Below the pieces are notes generated by a model. That model had not been told where the DNA came from. It ran no database searches and was given only the letters and a program-made list of their open reading frames with translations. Shown here in pieces: positions 28,305 to 40,264 of a stretch of DNA of 64,000 nt. The first letter of the stretch is position 1, and every line of letters begins with the position of its first letter. The DNA comes from an uncultured Chloroflexia bacterium (GTDB lineage Bacteria; Chloroflexota; Limnocylindria; Limnocylindrales; CSP1-4). The DNA is taken from NCBI GenBank assembly GCA_963810285.1, contig CAWEMV010000002.1, forward strand, positions 280,404 to 344,403. The letters run 5' to 3'. Both the position numbers and the translations under genes were made by a program.

Positions 28305-29711
28305 ATGGCATCGACCGACGCGAAAAGCGGTTTCCGACTCCCGTGGAGTGGGGACCGAAACGAGTCCGAGGATCAGTCCGCAGTCAGTGGAGACGAGCCG
28401 ACGGCCATGGATCCTGCCCAGCAGAGCGAGAGCGAGAGCGAGACGCCGACGATGATCGACACCCCCGCGACCACCTCAGGGGAGGCCGCCCAGGCTGAGC
28501 CTGCCGCGACCGAGCCGGTCACGACGCCCGAGGCAGCCAGCGCACCGACGCCGGCACCCGAGCGCAAGGCCAACAAGTTCATGGCCGACCTCACCCGCGC
28601 CATGCAGGCGGCCGCCGAGTCAGCACGAGCGGACTCGCTCGAGCGCTTCGCCACCGACGCCAAGGCGCACATCGAGGGCATCCACGCCACCAGCGCCGAC
28701 GAGGCGACCGAGCTGCGCAAGCGCGCTGACGACGACATCGCCAGTGTCCGCGAGTGGTCGAAGGCCGAGATCGCGCGCATCCGCGAGGAGACCGACGAGC
28801 GCGTCACCGATCGCAAGGAGCGGCTCGAGCGCGAGATCGAGGCGCACGCCGCCGAGATCGAGGCGCGCATCGAGCGCGTCCAGAGCCGGGTGGCCTCGTT
28901 CGAGACCGAGATGGCCGCCTTCTTCGAGCGACTGCTGTCCGAAGACGACCCGACCCGCTTCGCCTCGATGGCGGAGACCCTGCCCGAGCCCCCGCCCTTC
29001 GACGCCGACGACGCATGGGCATCGATCACCGGACCCGAGATCGCCCAGGCCGACGAGGCCCCGGTGGCCGCGGCCGAAACCGCGGCTGAGCCGGTCGTCG
29101 CCGAGACCGTCGAGACCACAGAGCCGGCCGAGACCGTCGAGACGCCCGTCGCCGAGGACAGCCCCGTCGAGGCCAGCGCCGAGACCGGCTCCGTCGAGGC
29201 GAGCGCGGACAGTGGCGACCTCTTCGGCATCACCGCCGACGCCCCCGAATCCGAGACCCCGAGCGACGCCGACCCGCGCCTGACCGCGATCGGCATCGAG
29301 CCCGACTTCGCCGCCGCGGAAGCCGAGGCCGCCGCCTACCCGGCCGAGGCCTCCGGCGCCGACGACGAGATCCCGACCATCGCCGAGGACGCCCTGGCGG
29401 CCCGGCTCGCCGGACTCGTCGCCGACGACCAGGCGCCCACCGACAGCGCCACGACCCGCGTGGTCGTGACCGGCCTCGTCAGCGTCGCCAGCATCGCCGG
29501 CTTCAAGCGCAACCTGGCGCGCGTCGCCGGTGTTCGATCGGTCGGCGTGTCGTCCGGCCCCGATGGCGAGTTCGTCTTCGCCGTCACGCACGACAACGGT
29601 CTGGCCCTCGGCGACGGGATCGCGTCGCTGCCCGGCTTCAGTGCCCGCGTCACCGACGAGGCTCCCGGTGAGCTGACCGTCGCCGCGCGCGATCCGGAAA
29701 GCGAGAGCTAG
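28305..29711 (+). CDS. Hypothetical coiled-coil protein with long acidic disordered linker and small C-terminal alpha/beta domain
   Basis: Strong GC3 codon bias in this frame and GAGGA upstream. An E/A/R-rich helical segment is followed by an E/T/A/P-rich low-complexity region and a globular C-terminus. Confidence 0.8.
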   Translation: MASTDAKSGFRLPWSGDRNESEDQSAVSGDEPTAMDPAQQSESESETPTMIDTPATTSGEAAQAEPAATEPVTTPEAASAPTPAPERKANKFMADLTRAMQAAAESARADSLERFATDAKAHIEGIHATSADEATELRKRADDDIASVREWSKAEIARIREETDERVTDRKERLEREIEAHAAEIEARIERVQSRVASFETEMAAFFERLLSEDDPTRFASMAETLPEPPPFDADDAWASITGPEIAQADEAPVAAAETAAEPVVAETVETTEPAETVETPVAEDSPVEASAETGSVEASADSGDLFGITADAPESETPSDADPRLTAIGIEPDFAAAEAEAAAYPAEASGADDEIPTIAEDALAARLAGLVADDQAPTDSATTRVVVTGLVSVASIAGFKRNLARVAGVRSVGVSSGPDGEFVFAVTHDNGLALGDGIASLPGFSARVTDEAPGELTVAARDPESES

Positions 29712-29716
29712 CGGCC

Positions 29717-30946
29717 ATGGCCCGCCCGGCCATCGCGGTAGCCCTGCCCGGTAACGAGGCGGCGCCGGTCGCGGCCGAGTTGCGAGCGGCCGGCTTCACG
29801 GTCGCGTCGATCAGCCGACCCGAGCAGCTCGAAGCGCTGCTCGCCAGCCGGCGAGACGTCGCGGTCGCCATCCTCGACGGCGAGACCGATCTCGACCAGT
29901 CGCTCGAGTACTACTCGCTCCTGCGCGACGCGGGTCGCGCCATCCCCGCCCTGATGGTCATGTCCGAGCGCGCGATGACGCGCCTCGAGGCCGCGTCCGG
30001 CGTGGTCGAGGACGAATACTTCACCCGCCCGTACTCGGCCGAGTCGCTTCGCTGGCGCGTGGAGGCCATGTGCATCCGCAGCCAGACCGTCGACGACGGA
30101 TCGGGACCCATCCTCCAGGGTGGACCGATCGAGACCGACGGCTGGGCGAGCCGCGCGACGATCATCGCGGTCTTCAACCCGAAGGGCGGCGTCGGCAAGA
30201 CGACGATCGCCACGAACCTCGCCTCGGTCCTCCAGACGCGGCGCGGCCACAAGGTCTTGCTCGTCGACGCCGACACCGTCACCGGCCATGTCGCGACGTC
30301 GCTCGGCATCGACGGCGTGCGAACGCTCTCCGACAGCTGGCGCGACCAGGCCGAGGGCGGCCCGCGCGAGAGCCTCGACGACATCGCGTCGGCCCATCCC
30401 TCTGGGATGCGCGTCGCCGCGCTGACGTCGTCGCCGCTCGACACCGACATCCTCGAGCCCGACCGCGTCGCCGACGAGATCACCGCGGCACGCCGCGGCG
30501 TCGACTTCATCGTGGTCGACCTCCACCCGTCATACGGGAAGCTCAACGACGCCATCTTCAAGGTCGCCGATCGCATCCTCGTGCCGGTCACCCCGGACGT
30601 GCCGGCCATCCGCGCCGCGGTCCAGCTGGCCGATTACGCCACCGAGCTGGGCGTCCGCGAGCGGCTGTCGCTCGTGATCAACCGGGCGAACAGCGGCGTC
30701 GGCGTCGCCGACATCGAGCGAACCGTCGGGATGCCGTCGATCGCCCTCATCCGGTCGGGCGGGCTGCTGTTCGTCCGGGCCGCCAACGAGGGCCGGACGC
30801 TCATCGAGATGTTCCCGAAGGAACGGATCACCGACGACTTCGACGCACTGGCAGACCGCGTGCTCGGCACCCCGGTCGCGGCGCCGGCCATGAAGGTGCC
30901 GTTCGGCCTGTTCAACCGCGCCAAGACGTCCGCGCGCGCTTCGTAG
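29717..30946 (+). CDS. Receiver-like domain + MinD/ParA ATPase (CpaE/TadZ-like)
   Basis: N-terminal REC-like VAILDG, deviant Walker A PKGGVGKTT, LLVDAD, VVDL, VINR and C-terminal PFGLFNR. Confidence 0.87.
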   Translation: MARPAIAVALPGNEAAPVAAELRAAGFTVASISRPEQLEALLASRRDVAVAILDGETDLDQSLEYYSLLRDAGRAIPALMVMSERAMTRLEAASGVVEDEYFTRPYSAESLRWRVEAMCIRSQTVDDGSGPILQGGPIETDGWASRATIIAVFNPKGGVGKTTIATNLASVLQTRRGHKVLLVDADTVTGHVATSLGIDGVRTLSDSWRDQAEGGPRESLDDIASAHPSGMRVAALTSSPLDTDILEPDRVADEITAARRGVDFIVVDLHPSYGKLNDAIFKVADRILVPVTPDVPAIRAAVQLADYATELGVRERLSLVINRANSGVGVADIERTVGMPSIALIRSGGLLFVRAANEGRTLIEMFPKERITDDFDALADRVLGTPVAAPAMKVPFGLFNRAKTSARAS

Positions 30947-30999
30947 TCCCGCGACCGCCGCCCACCAGCGAGGCGGGCAGGTCGGTCGAGCCCTCGACG

Positions 31000-31653
31000 C
31001 TATCGAGACCGCTCCTGCCACGACGTGCCACCCAACGGCGAACCGGGCAGCCCCTGGGGGCGCTGGCCGGTCCGGCGATCCACCTGCTGGATGCCGCGCA
31101 GGTAGGCGCGGTTGACGAGGACCGCGTCCATCTCCGGACCCATCGCCTGATCGCCGCGATATGCGGTCGCGTCCACGACCGGCACGAACATCTCCGTCGC
31201 GCGGTCGAGCAACCGCTCGGGGTCGGTGCCGGGATGGAGGTAGACGGTCCCGATGACGCGGTACGGCGGCACTTCCATCGCGACGTCGTACGACACCTTG
31301 TGGACCTTGTGCGCCGACTTCTCGTCGTCGGTCAGCGGTGGCAGCGTGGTCTCGCCGGCCAGCACCAGGATCAGGTCGTAGGGATCGATCGCCCGCAGCC
31401 CGGGCGCCGGTTCGAATCCCGCTGAGCCGTCGGCCGGCGCCCACCGGACGTCGGAGATCGTGATCGACTCGCGCTTGTTCAACACGTCGGACAGCCGGCT
31501 GCCGACCTCCATGTTGCCGACGATCCGCCACTCCTCGGTCAGGCCGTCGAACGCGATGCCGCGCGCATCGGCCGGGGCCGGGCCATCGGCGACCGGCGGC
31601 ACGGCCTCGTCGGCCTCGGTCTTCTTGTTGCGCTTCAGGAAATCGAACGGCAC
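31000..31653 (-). CDS. Hypothetical protein with two related small beta-domains (DUF6812-like)
   Basis: GTG just after the acs stop. Internal similarity between WRIVGNM...RLSDVLN and YRVIGTV...RLLD...FVPVVDA...VLVNR. Confidence 0.7.
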   Translation of the reverse strand: MPFDFLKRNKKTEADEAVPPVADGPAPADARGIAFDGLTEEWRIVGNMEVGSRLSDVLNKRESITISDVRWAPADGSAGFEPAPGLRAIDPYDLILVLAGETTLPPLTDDEKSAHKVHKVSYDVAMEVPPYRVIGTVYLHPGTDPERLLDRATEMFVPVVDATAYRGDQAMGPEMDAVLVNRAYLRGIQQVDRRTGQRPQGLPGSPLGGTSWQERSR

Positions 31654-31654
31654 G

Positions 31655-33637
<1,983 letters not shown>

Positions 33638-33669
33638 CCACCTCCGGGAGTCAAGCTGGCCGGGTCATC

Positions 33670-34554
33670 CTACCGCGACGCGATGGGCGTCGAGCGGTCC
33701 GGGTCGGCGGGGCCGATGCGGCCGGGCGTGTCGATCCCGTGCGCATCGAGGGCCGCGAGCAGGCGCATCCGGTACTCGCCCGCCGCGGCCCACTGCTCGG
33801 GCGCGCGCACCGACCCGAGGATCTTGAGCGTGACGCCCTGCTCGCCGATCGCCTCGACTCGGTCGACTCGCGGCGGTTCGAGGATGCGCGATCGCCAGGC
33901 CGGGTCGGCGGCCATCGCCAGGCCGACCTCGTCGACGACCACGATCGCCCGCTCGATATCGGTGCCGTGCCGCACCGTCACGTCCTGGTTGATGCGGGCC
34001 CACACGCGGGTGAGGTTCGAGGCCACCTTGATCTCGCCGTTGGGGATGGTGTGGAGGATGCCATCGAGGTCGCGGACCGTCGTCCGCCGCAGCGTGAAGT
34101 CCTCGACCGTGCCGTCGACGCCGGCCAGGCGGACGACGTCGCCGACGCTGAACTGGTTCTCGATGAGGATGAGCGCGCCGTTGAAGTAGTCACGGACGAA
34201 CGCCTGGGCGCCGAACCCGATCGCGATACCGACCACGCCGAGCCCCGCCACCGCCGGCCCGATGTCCAGCCCGAGCGTGCCCAGGATCATCAGCAGGGCG
34301 ATCACGCCGATGAAGAACCGGATGAGCTGGGTGGCCAGGCTGTCGAGCGTATCCATCCGCTTCTTGACCTCGGCCGCGGTCAGCTGCTGGGCCGTGCCCT
34401 CGGCCGCCTCGCGGTCGAACAGCGCCTGCACGATGCCGTGCACGAACACGCCCGCGATGCGCATCGCGATCAGGGCGGCGATCGCGATGAACAGGACCGG
34501 CACGACCGTGGCCCGCAGCCAAGCGACGAGGCCGTCGAGATCCTCGGGTGTCAT
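33670..34554 (-). CDS. Small-conductance mechanosensitive channel (MscS/YbiO-like)
   Basis: IGFGAQ, ENQFSVGD, GTVE and TIPNG. Confidence 0.92.
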   Translation of the reverse strand: MTPEDLDGLVAWLRATVVPVLFIAIAALIAMRIAGVFVHGIVQALFDREAAEGTAQQLTAAEVKKRMDTLDSLATQLIRFFIGVIALLMILGTLGLDIGPAVAGLGVVGIAIGFGAQAFVRDYFNGALILIENQFSVGDVVRLAGVDGTVEDFTLRRTTVRDLDGILHTIPNGEIKVASNLTRVWARINQDVTVRHGTDIERAIVVVDEVGLAMAADPAWRSRILEPPRVDRVEAIGEQGVTLKILGSVRAPEQWAAAGEYRMRLLAALDAHGIDTPGRIGPADPDRSTPIASR

Positions 34555-34664
34555 GCCCCTAGCCTACCGAGTCTCGTTGCCTGTGCTGACGTGTGGTGTC
34601 AGAACCACTGACTGTCAGCCGGGCTGACGCGTCGCGCGATGGACGGGCCGCCGGAACCGGCCGA

Positions 34665-35474
34665 TCAGGCCGTGGCGTGGACCGGTGCGTCGGCCGGCTG
34701 GCGCTCCGGGACCGAGGCACCCAGGCGGACCGAGATCGCGGCCGCAGCCTCACGCGCCTGTGCCGCCAGCTCGGGGATGCGCCGCGGAGTGAGCCGGAAG
34801 GCCGGGCCCCAGATATCGACCGCGGCGATCACGTTGCCCCGCGCATCGTGGATCGGCGCGCTCACCGCGTTCAGCCCGAGCTCGTACTCGCCGATCGCCG
34901 TCGCGTACCCGCGCCGCCGGATCCGCGCCAGCTCCTCGAGCAGCGGCTCGAGCTCGACGATCGTCCGTTCCGTGTACTGGACGAGGCCGCGACGGACGAT
35001 CCGCAGCACCTCCCGCTCGGCGAGCGACGACATCAGCACCTTGCCCGACGCGACGCAATGGAGCGGCGTCGAGCGCCCGGTCCAGTCGCCGACGGCGATG
35101 AGGTTCGGCCCGTCGACCTGGGCGACCGTCAGCAGTGACTCGCCCTCGATGATGCCGACCCCGGTCGTCTCGTGCGTCAGGCGCGCCAGGCGCTCGAGCT
35201 CGGGCATCGAGAGACCGCGCAGGTCGAGCGTCCGCTCAGCCTGTTCGGCAAGCCGGATGACGACCAGCCCGAGCCGGTACTTGCCGGTCTCGTCGTCCTG
35301 CTCGACCAGGCCGCGCTTCTGCAGCGTCGCCAGGAGGCGCGAGGCCGTCGACTTGTGCAGCCCGAGGCGCCGCGCGAGCTCGGTCACGCCGGCCTCACCC
35401 TGCGACTCGCCAAGGGCCAGGAGGAGCGCCGCCGCTCGATCGACCGAGCGGACCGCGTTGCCGTCGAGGACCAT
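34665..35474 (-). CDS. IclR family transcriptional regulator
   Basis: SVDRA, HTH LHKSTASRLL, PLHCVASGK and RRGYA..GE...G.NAVSAPI. Confidence 0.95.
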   Translation of the reverse strand: MVLDGNAVRSVDRAAALLLALGESQGEAGVTELARRLGLHKSTASRLLATLQKRGLVEQDDETGKYRLGLVVIRLAEQAERTLDLRGLSMPELERLARLTHETTGVGIIEGESLLTVAQVDGPNLIAVGDWTGRSTPLHCVASGKVLMSSLAEREVLRIVRRGLVQYTERTIVELEPLLEELARIRRRGYATAIGEYELGLNAVSAPIHDARGNVIAAVDIWGPAFRLTPRRIPELAAQAREAAAAISVRLGASVPERQPADAPVHATA

Positions 35475-35482
35475 CGGCGACT

Positions 35483-36886
35483 CTAGCCGGCTGCCGGCGA
35501 GGCCATGCCGCCGTGTGGCGTGGGCGCCTCGGCACCGTGGGCACGCGCCTCGAGGGCCGCGTCCAGCGACTCGGAGAAGGCGGTCAGCACGCGGTCGATG
35601 ATGTCGGCGTCGGCATGCGCCTCGCAGACGAACCAGGGCTCGCGCGAATCCGGTTCGGGCATGGCGCCGCGAGCATGCATGCCGATCGCGATCGCGTCGT
35701 ACAGCTCGTGGTCGCTGGTGGCCCAGTCGCGATACTCGGTCGCGACCTCCTCGCGGAACATGAGCCCGAACATCGAAGGGTGACCCGTGAAGTGGTACGG
35801 GATGCCCACCGGATCGAGGATCTCCTTGAGGCCATCCTGGATGGTCCGGCCCGTGGCATGGATCGTGTCCAGCGCGTTCGTGTCACGCAGGATCTGGAGC
35901 GTCGCGACCGCAGCTGCGGCCGCGACCCGGTTGCCGGCGTACGTGCCGCCGTGGCTGACGTGCTCCGGCAGCAGTTCCATGATCTCGCGTCGGCCGCCGA
36001 ACGCCGCCGCCGGATAGCCGTTGCCCATCGCCTTGGCGAACGACGCGAGGTCGGGCTTGATGCCGAAGAACTCGGCCGCCCCGCCCTTCGCGAAGCGGAA
36101 CCCGGTCTTCACCTCGTCGAAGATCAGCAGGATCCCGAACTCCTCGGTCAGCGCGCGCATCTGCTGGTGGAAGCCTGGTGCCGGCATGATGCCCTGCGCG
36201 TTGCCGAGCACCGGCTCGACGATGACCGCTGCGATCTCGTCGCCCCGCTCCTCGAACAGGCGCCGGAGCCGGTCGATGCGGTTGTAGCGGGCCGGGATGA
36301 TCGTCTCGGCAACGGCGCCCGGGATGCCCCGGCCCCACGCCAGCGCCATCGGCGCGTCGGCGTCGCCGAGCTCGGACATGTCGTCGGGGCCGACGCTGAT
36401 CAGGGCGTAGTCGTGGACGCCGTGGTACTGGCCCTCGAACTTGACGATGCGCTCGCGACCCGTGAACGCCCGGGCGAGCCGCATCAGGTGCATCGTGGCC
36501 TCGGTGCCGGACACGGTCATACGCGCCATGTCGACCCAGCCCGTCAGCTCGCAGACGAGCTCGACCGCGCGGATCTCGTCCTCGCTCGTCAAGCTGAAGC
36601 TCACGCCCTTGCGCATCCGCTCGTTGACGTAGTCGTCGACGCGCGGGTCGCCGTGGCCGAGGATGACCGGTCCGTAGCCCATCCGCAGGTCGACGAACTC
36701 GTTGCCGTCGGCATCCCAGACGAGCCCGCCCTGACCGCGATCGACGTAGATCGTGTCGTCGCCCCACGCTCGGAAATTCGAGTCCGTGCCGCCGGGCAGT
36801 CGCTCCGACGCGCGCCGATACAGCGCCAGCTGGCGGTCGCGACGGACGCCCGGGACGACGTGAGCGGGGGCGGGCTCAGTGGCCAT
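35483..36886 (-). CDS. Class III aminotransferase, glutamate-1-semialdehyde aminomutase-like
   Basis: GYGPVILGH, SGTEATM, KFEGQYHG, FDEVKTGFR, FAKAMGNGYP and HGGTY. Confidence 0.9.
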   Translation of the reverse strand: MATEPAPAHVVPGVRRDRQLALYRRASERLPGGTDSNFRAWGDDTIYVDRGQGGLVWDADGNEFVDLRMGYGPVILGHGDPRVDDYVNERMRKGVSFSLTSEDEIRAVELVCELTGWVDMARMTVSGTEATMHLMRLARAFTGRERIVKFEGQYHGVHDYALISVGPDDMSELGDADAPMALAWGRGIPGAVAETIIPARYNRIDRLRRLFEERGDEIAAVIVEPVLGNAQGIMPAPGFHQQMRALTEEFGILLIFDEVKTGFRFAKGGAAEFFGIKPDLASFAKAMGNGYPAAAFGGRREIMELLPEHVSHGGTYAGNRVAAAAAVATLQILRDTNALDTIHATGRTIQDGLKEILDPVGIPYHFTGHPSMFGLMFREEVATEYRDWATSDHELYDAIAIGMHARGAMPEPDSREPWFVCEAHADADIIDRVLTAFSESLDAALEARAHGAEAPTPHGGMASPAAG

Positions 36887-36934
36887 GCGGATCCTCGTGT
36901 GGCGCGGTCGGGAGGGGCCCGGACCGTGGGACGG

Positions 36935-36995
36935 GCGTTGCGCGATACGGAACGCGCGGGCGCCCATCGTGCCACACGCCCCGAACGGGCGTCAA
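36935..36995 (-). promoter_or_regulatory. Promoter plus candidate IclR operator upstream of the aminotransferase-iclR operon
   Basis: TTGACG-18 bp-CACGAT (36995..36966), followed by the pseudo-palindrome GCGTTccGtatcgCGcAACGC (36935-36955). Confidence 0.55.
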
Positions 36996-37111
36996 CGCGA
37001 CATTCGTCCGCGTGTGGCGCGCGTGCCACGAAATCCGTCGCTCGATGCGATGGACCCACGAATCACGCGACGTTCCCGGTGGAGGGAGATGAGACGTGCG
37101 ACCATCCCGCC

Positions 37112-38497
37112 GTGACCGAGCCGATCTCGTACTGGCTCCGCGACTCCCCGCCCGACGGCACGGCCGATCCGCCTCTCGCCGCCGGCGAGCACGCGGTCGT
37201 CGACGTGGCGATCATCGGCGCCGGCTTCACCGGCTTGTGGACCGCGATCGCGCTCACCGACACGGACCCGGCGCTGCACGTCGCGGTGCTCGAGATGGAG
37301 ACGGTCGGGTTCGGGGCGAGCGGCCGCAACGGGGGCTTCTGCGAGGCCAGCCTGACCCACGGGCTCGGGAACGGGGTCCGGCATTTCCCCGACGAGCTCG
37401 ACCGGCTCGAGCGGGAGGGGCTCGACAACCTCGCCGGTCTGATCGCCTTCACGCGCGACCACGGCGTCGACTGCGATCTCGAGGAGACCGGCGTGCTGGC
37501 GCTGGCCGACCAGGCGTGGCAGGCCGACGAGTTCCGGGCGTGGGTCGACGAGGCGGCCGAGCACGGCGAGCACCTCGAGTTCCTGGACCGCGATGCCGCG
37601 CAGGCGGAGGTCCACTCGCCGCTCTGGCACGCGGGCATCTATCGCCCGCCCGGCCGGGACGTCCTCCTCGACCCGGCCAGGCTGTGCCGCGGCATCGCCC
37701 GCGTCGCGCGCGAACGCGGGGTGCGCATCCACGAGCGGGCCCGGGTGACGCGCCTGGACCGCCGCGCCGGCGGCGTCCGCCTCACCACGGCCGATGGGGC
37801 GACCGTGGATGCGACGCATGTGGTGGTGGCCACCTCGGCCTATTCGGGCTGGCTCGGACGGCTGTCGTCGACGTTCGTCCCCGTCTACGACTACGTCCTC
37901 GTGTCGGAGCCCCTCACGCCCGAGCAGCGGGCGTCGATCGGCTGGCACCGGCGCCAGGGGCTGTCGGACGGCAACAACCAATTCCACTACTTCAGGCTGA
38001 CCGCCGACGACCGGATCCTGTGGGGTGGCTACGACGCGATCCATCACCGCGGCAGCCGGGTCGCACCCGAGCTCGACCGGCGACCGGCCAGCTTCGCCAG
38101 GCTCGCATCCCAGTTCTTCCGGGCGTTCCCCCAGCTCGACGGGCTCGACTTCCCGTATCGCTGGGGCGGCGCCATCGACACGACCTCGCGGTTCACGGTC
38201 ACGTTCGGACGGCTGCTGGGCGGGCGGGTCGTGTACGCCCTCGGCTACACCGGCCTGGGGGTCGGGTCGAGCCGCTGGGCGGGCGGCGTCGTGCGCGACC
38301 TCATCCTCCGGCCCGACGAGGACCGCCTTCGACTGCGGATCGTCGCCAGCCCGCCGATCCCGTTCCCGCCCGAGCCGTTGCGCTCGTTCACGATCGACAC
38401 GGTCCGCCACGAGCTCGACCGCGCGGACCGCAACGGCGGCAGGCGCAGCCTGATCCTCCGAACGCTCGACGCGATCGGGGTCGGTTTCGACTCGTAG
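37112..38497 (+). CDS. FAD-dependent oxidoreductase (PuuB/OrdL-like)
   Basis: SYW, IIGAGFTG, GASGRNGG, YRWGG and GYTGLGV. Confidence 0.9.
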   Translation: MTEPISYWLRDSPPDGTADPPLAAGEHAVVDVAIIGAGFTGLWTAIALTDTDPALHVAVLEMETVGFGASGRNGGFCEASLTHGLGNGVRHFPDELDRLEREGLDNLAGLIAFTRDHGVDCDLEETGVLALADQAWQADEFRAWVDEAAEHGEHLEFLDRDAAQAEVHSPLWHAGIYRPPGRDVLLDPARLCRGIARVARERGVRIHERARVTRLDRRAGGVRLTTADGATVDATHVVVATSAYSGWLGRLSSTFVPVYDYVLVSEPLTPEQRASIGWHRRQGLSDGNNQFHYFRLTADDRILWGGYDAIHHRGSRVAPELDRRPASFARLASQFFRAFPQLDGLDFPYRWGGAIDTTSRFTVTFGRLLGGRVVYALGYTGLGVGSSRWAGGVVRDLILRPDEDRLRLRIVASPPIPFPPEPLRSFTIDTVRHELDRADRNGGRRSLILRTLDAIGVGFDS

Positions 38498-38515
38498 GCG
38501 GCCGCGCGACCGGGA

Positions 38516-40195
38516 TCAGGCCGGCTCGGCCACCCACGTCGGCAGCTCGCGGGCGAGCGTGGCCAGTGGCAGCGACCCGTGTCCGAGCACCTGGTCATGG
38601 AACTCGCGGAGGTCGAAGCGGTCGCCGTCGCGCGCCGCGATCTGGCGGCGGAGCGCCTCGATCTGGCGCTTGCCGAGCATGTACGTGAGGGCCTGCCCCG
38701 GCCAGCAGATGTAGCGGTCGGTCTCGATGACGGCATCGGTCTCCGATAGGCCGGCGTCGTGACGCATGAAGTCGATCGACCGCTGCCGGTCCCAGCGAAG
38801 GGCATGGAGCCCGGTGTCGACGACCAGCCGGGCGGCCCGCCAGGCCTGCCCGTCGAGCATCCCGAACCGCTCGGCCTCGGACCGGTACAGGCCCATCTCG
38901 TCGGCGAGCCGCTCGCTGTACAGCCCCCAGCCCTCGACGTACGCGCCACCGACCATCCGCGCGCCGAGGCGGCGAAACGTGATGAGGTTCGGGTTCTCCA
39001 TCTCGAGCGCGATCTGGAAGTGGTGGCCGGGCGCCGCCTCGTGGTACGTCGTCGATGCCAGCTTGGTGTACTTGCGCGACGGCAGGTCGTAGCCGTTGGC
39101 GTAGTAGATGCCGTGCCGGTCGCCGTTCGCGGAGGGCGGGTAGTAGTAGGCGAACGGCGCGTCCTTCTCCTTGTACTCCTCGACCGGCCGCACCTCGAGC
39201 CCGGCGCGGGGCAGGACGCCGAAATAGCGGGGCGCCTCGGCCATCGCGCGGTCGATGTCCTCGCGGGCCCGCTCGACCAGCTCGTCCTTGCTGTCCGGCG
39301 TGTTGCCGGGGGCGTCCTCGAGCGAAGCGCGGTAGGCCGCGACGTCGCCATCGAACCCGCCCGTACGAGCGATGTCGCGCCGCTCCTCGTCGATGGCGGC
39401 CAGCTCCTCCAGACCGATCTTGTGGATCTCCTCGGGATCGAGCTCGAGCGTGGTCCAGCTGCGGATGGCCGTCCGGTAGATGGCATCACCGTTCGGCGCC
39501 GACCAGATGCCCGGCTCCTCGCGGCTCGCGTGGCGATACTCGCCGCGCATCGACTCGAGGAACGCGGCATCGGCCGGGTAGACGACATCGCGGACGACGT
39601 CGCGGATCCGCTCGCGATCCTCGTCCGACGCGCCCTGGACGCTGCCCGGCACGATCGCCTGGTCGACCGGGATGGCCAGCATCCGCTCGAGCTGCGCGAT
39701 CACCCGCTCGGTGACGATCGACGGCGCCGTCAGCCCGCTGTCGAGGGCCTCCCGCAGGATGTCGGCGTTGGCGGCCATGAAGGCCGGGTAGGCGCGCAAT
39801 CGACCGATGAACGCCTCGAGCCGCTCCGGCGTGTCGACCGGCTGGAACGCGGTGAGCTGCGGCAGCAGCTGCTGGGGCCCGCCCATCTGGTCGACGACCC
39901 GGAGCTGGTGGAGACCCTGGTCGTCCTCTTCGATCGACAGCTCGCCGATGACCCGGAGCATGTCCCGGGTGATGCGCTCCTCGGTCGACAGCCCATCGAC
40001 CGGGATCGCCGCCGCCTCCGCGGCGGTCCGCTCCATGAGTGCCCGCGTCCTCGCCCGACCCTCCGACGACGGGTCCTCGAGCCGGTCGGCGTAGCGTTCG
40101 TCGCCGTAGAACGTGGCGGTCGTCGGGTTGAGCTCGAGGATGCCCTCCCAGAACCGGTGGGCAAGGTCGTTCACGTCGGAGCGCTGGTCGGTCAC
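38516..40195 (-). CDS. DUF885 family putative metallopeptidase
   Basis: HEAAPGHHFQ, EGWGLYSE, RAARLVVDTGLH and PGQALTY. Confidence 0.92.
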   Translation of the reverse strand: MTDQRSDVNDLAHRFWEGILELNPTTATFYGDERYADRLEDPSSEGRARTRALMERTAAEAAAIPVDGLSTEERITRDMLRVIGELSIEEDDQGLHQLRVVDQMGGPQQLLPQLTAFQPVDTPERLEAFIGRLRAYPAFMAANADILREALDSGLTAPSIVTERVIAQLERMLAIPVDQAIVPGSVQGASDEDRERIRDVVRDVVYPADAAFLESMRGEYRHASREEPGIWSAPNGDAIYRTAIRSWTTLELDPEEIHKIGLEELAAIDEERRDIARTGGFDGDVAAYRASLEDAPGNTPDSKDELVERAREDIDRAMAEAPRYFGVLPRAGLEVRPVEEYKEKDAPFAYYYPPSANGDRHGIYYANGYDLPSRKYTKLASTTYHEAAPGHHFQIALEMENPNLITFRRLGARMVGGAYVEGWGLYSERLADEMGLYRSEAERFGMLDGQAWRAARLVVDTGLHALRWDRQRSIDFMRHDAGLSETDAVIETDRYICWPGQALTYMLGKRQIEALRRQIAARDGDRFDLREFHDQVLGHGSLPLATLARELPTWVAEPA

Positions 40196-40264
40196 GGAGC
40201 GAGCCCTCTCGATGCAGCCGGTGGGCGATGCGGGGATCGGCGCCTAGGGTAGCGGGCGCGCCCG

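Noticed and set aside
31406-31422. tRNA T-arm-like GGTTCGAATCC
   Set aside because: It lies inside a CDS (antisense to AGFEP codons), the stem is mismatched, and there is no cloverleaf around it.
35483-36886. Calling this gene hemL
   Set aside because: The family motifs fit, but the context (IclR, amine oxidase, no hem genes) favours a catabolic paralogue, so the symbol is withheld.
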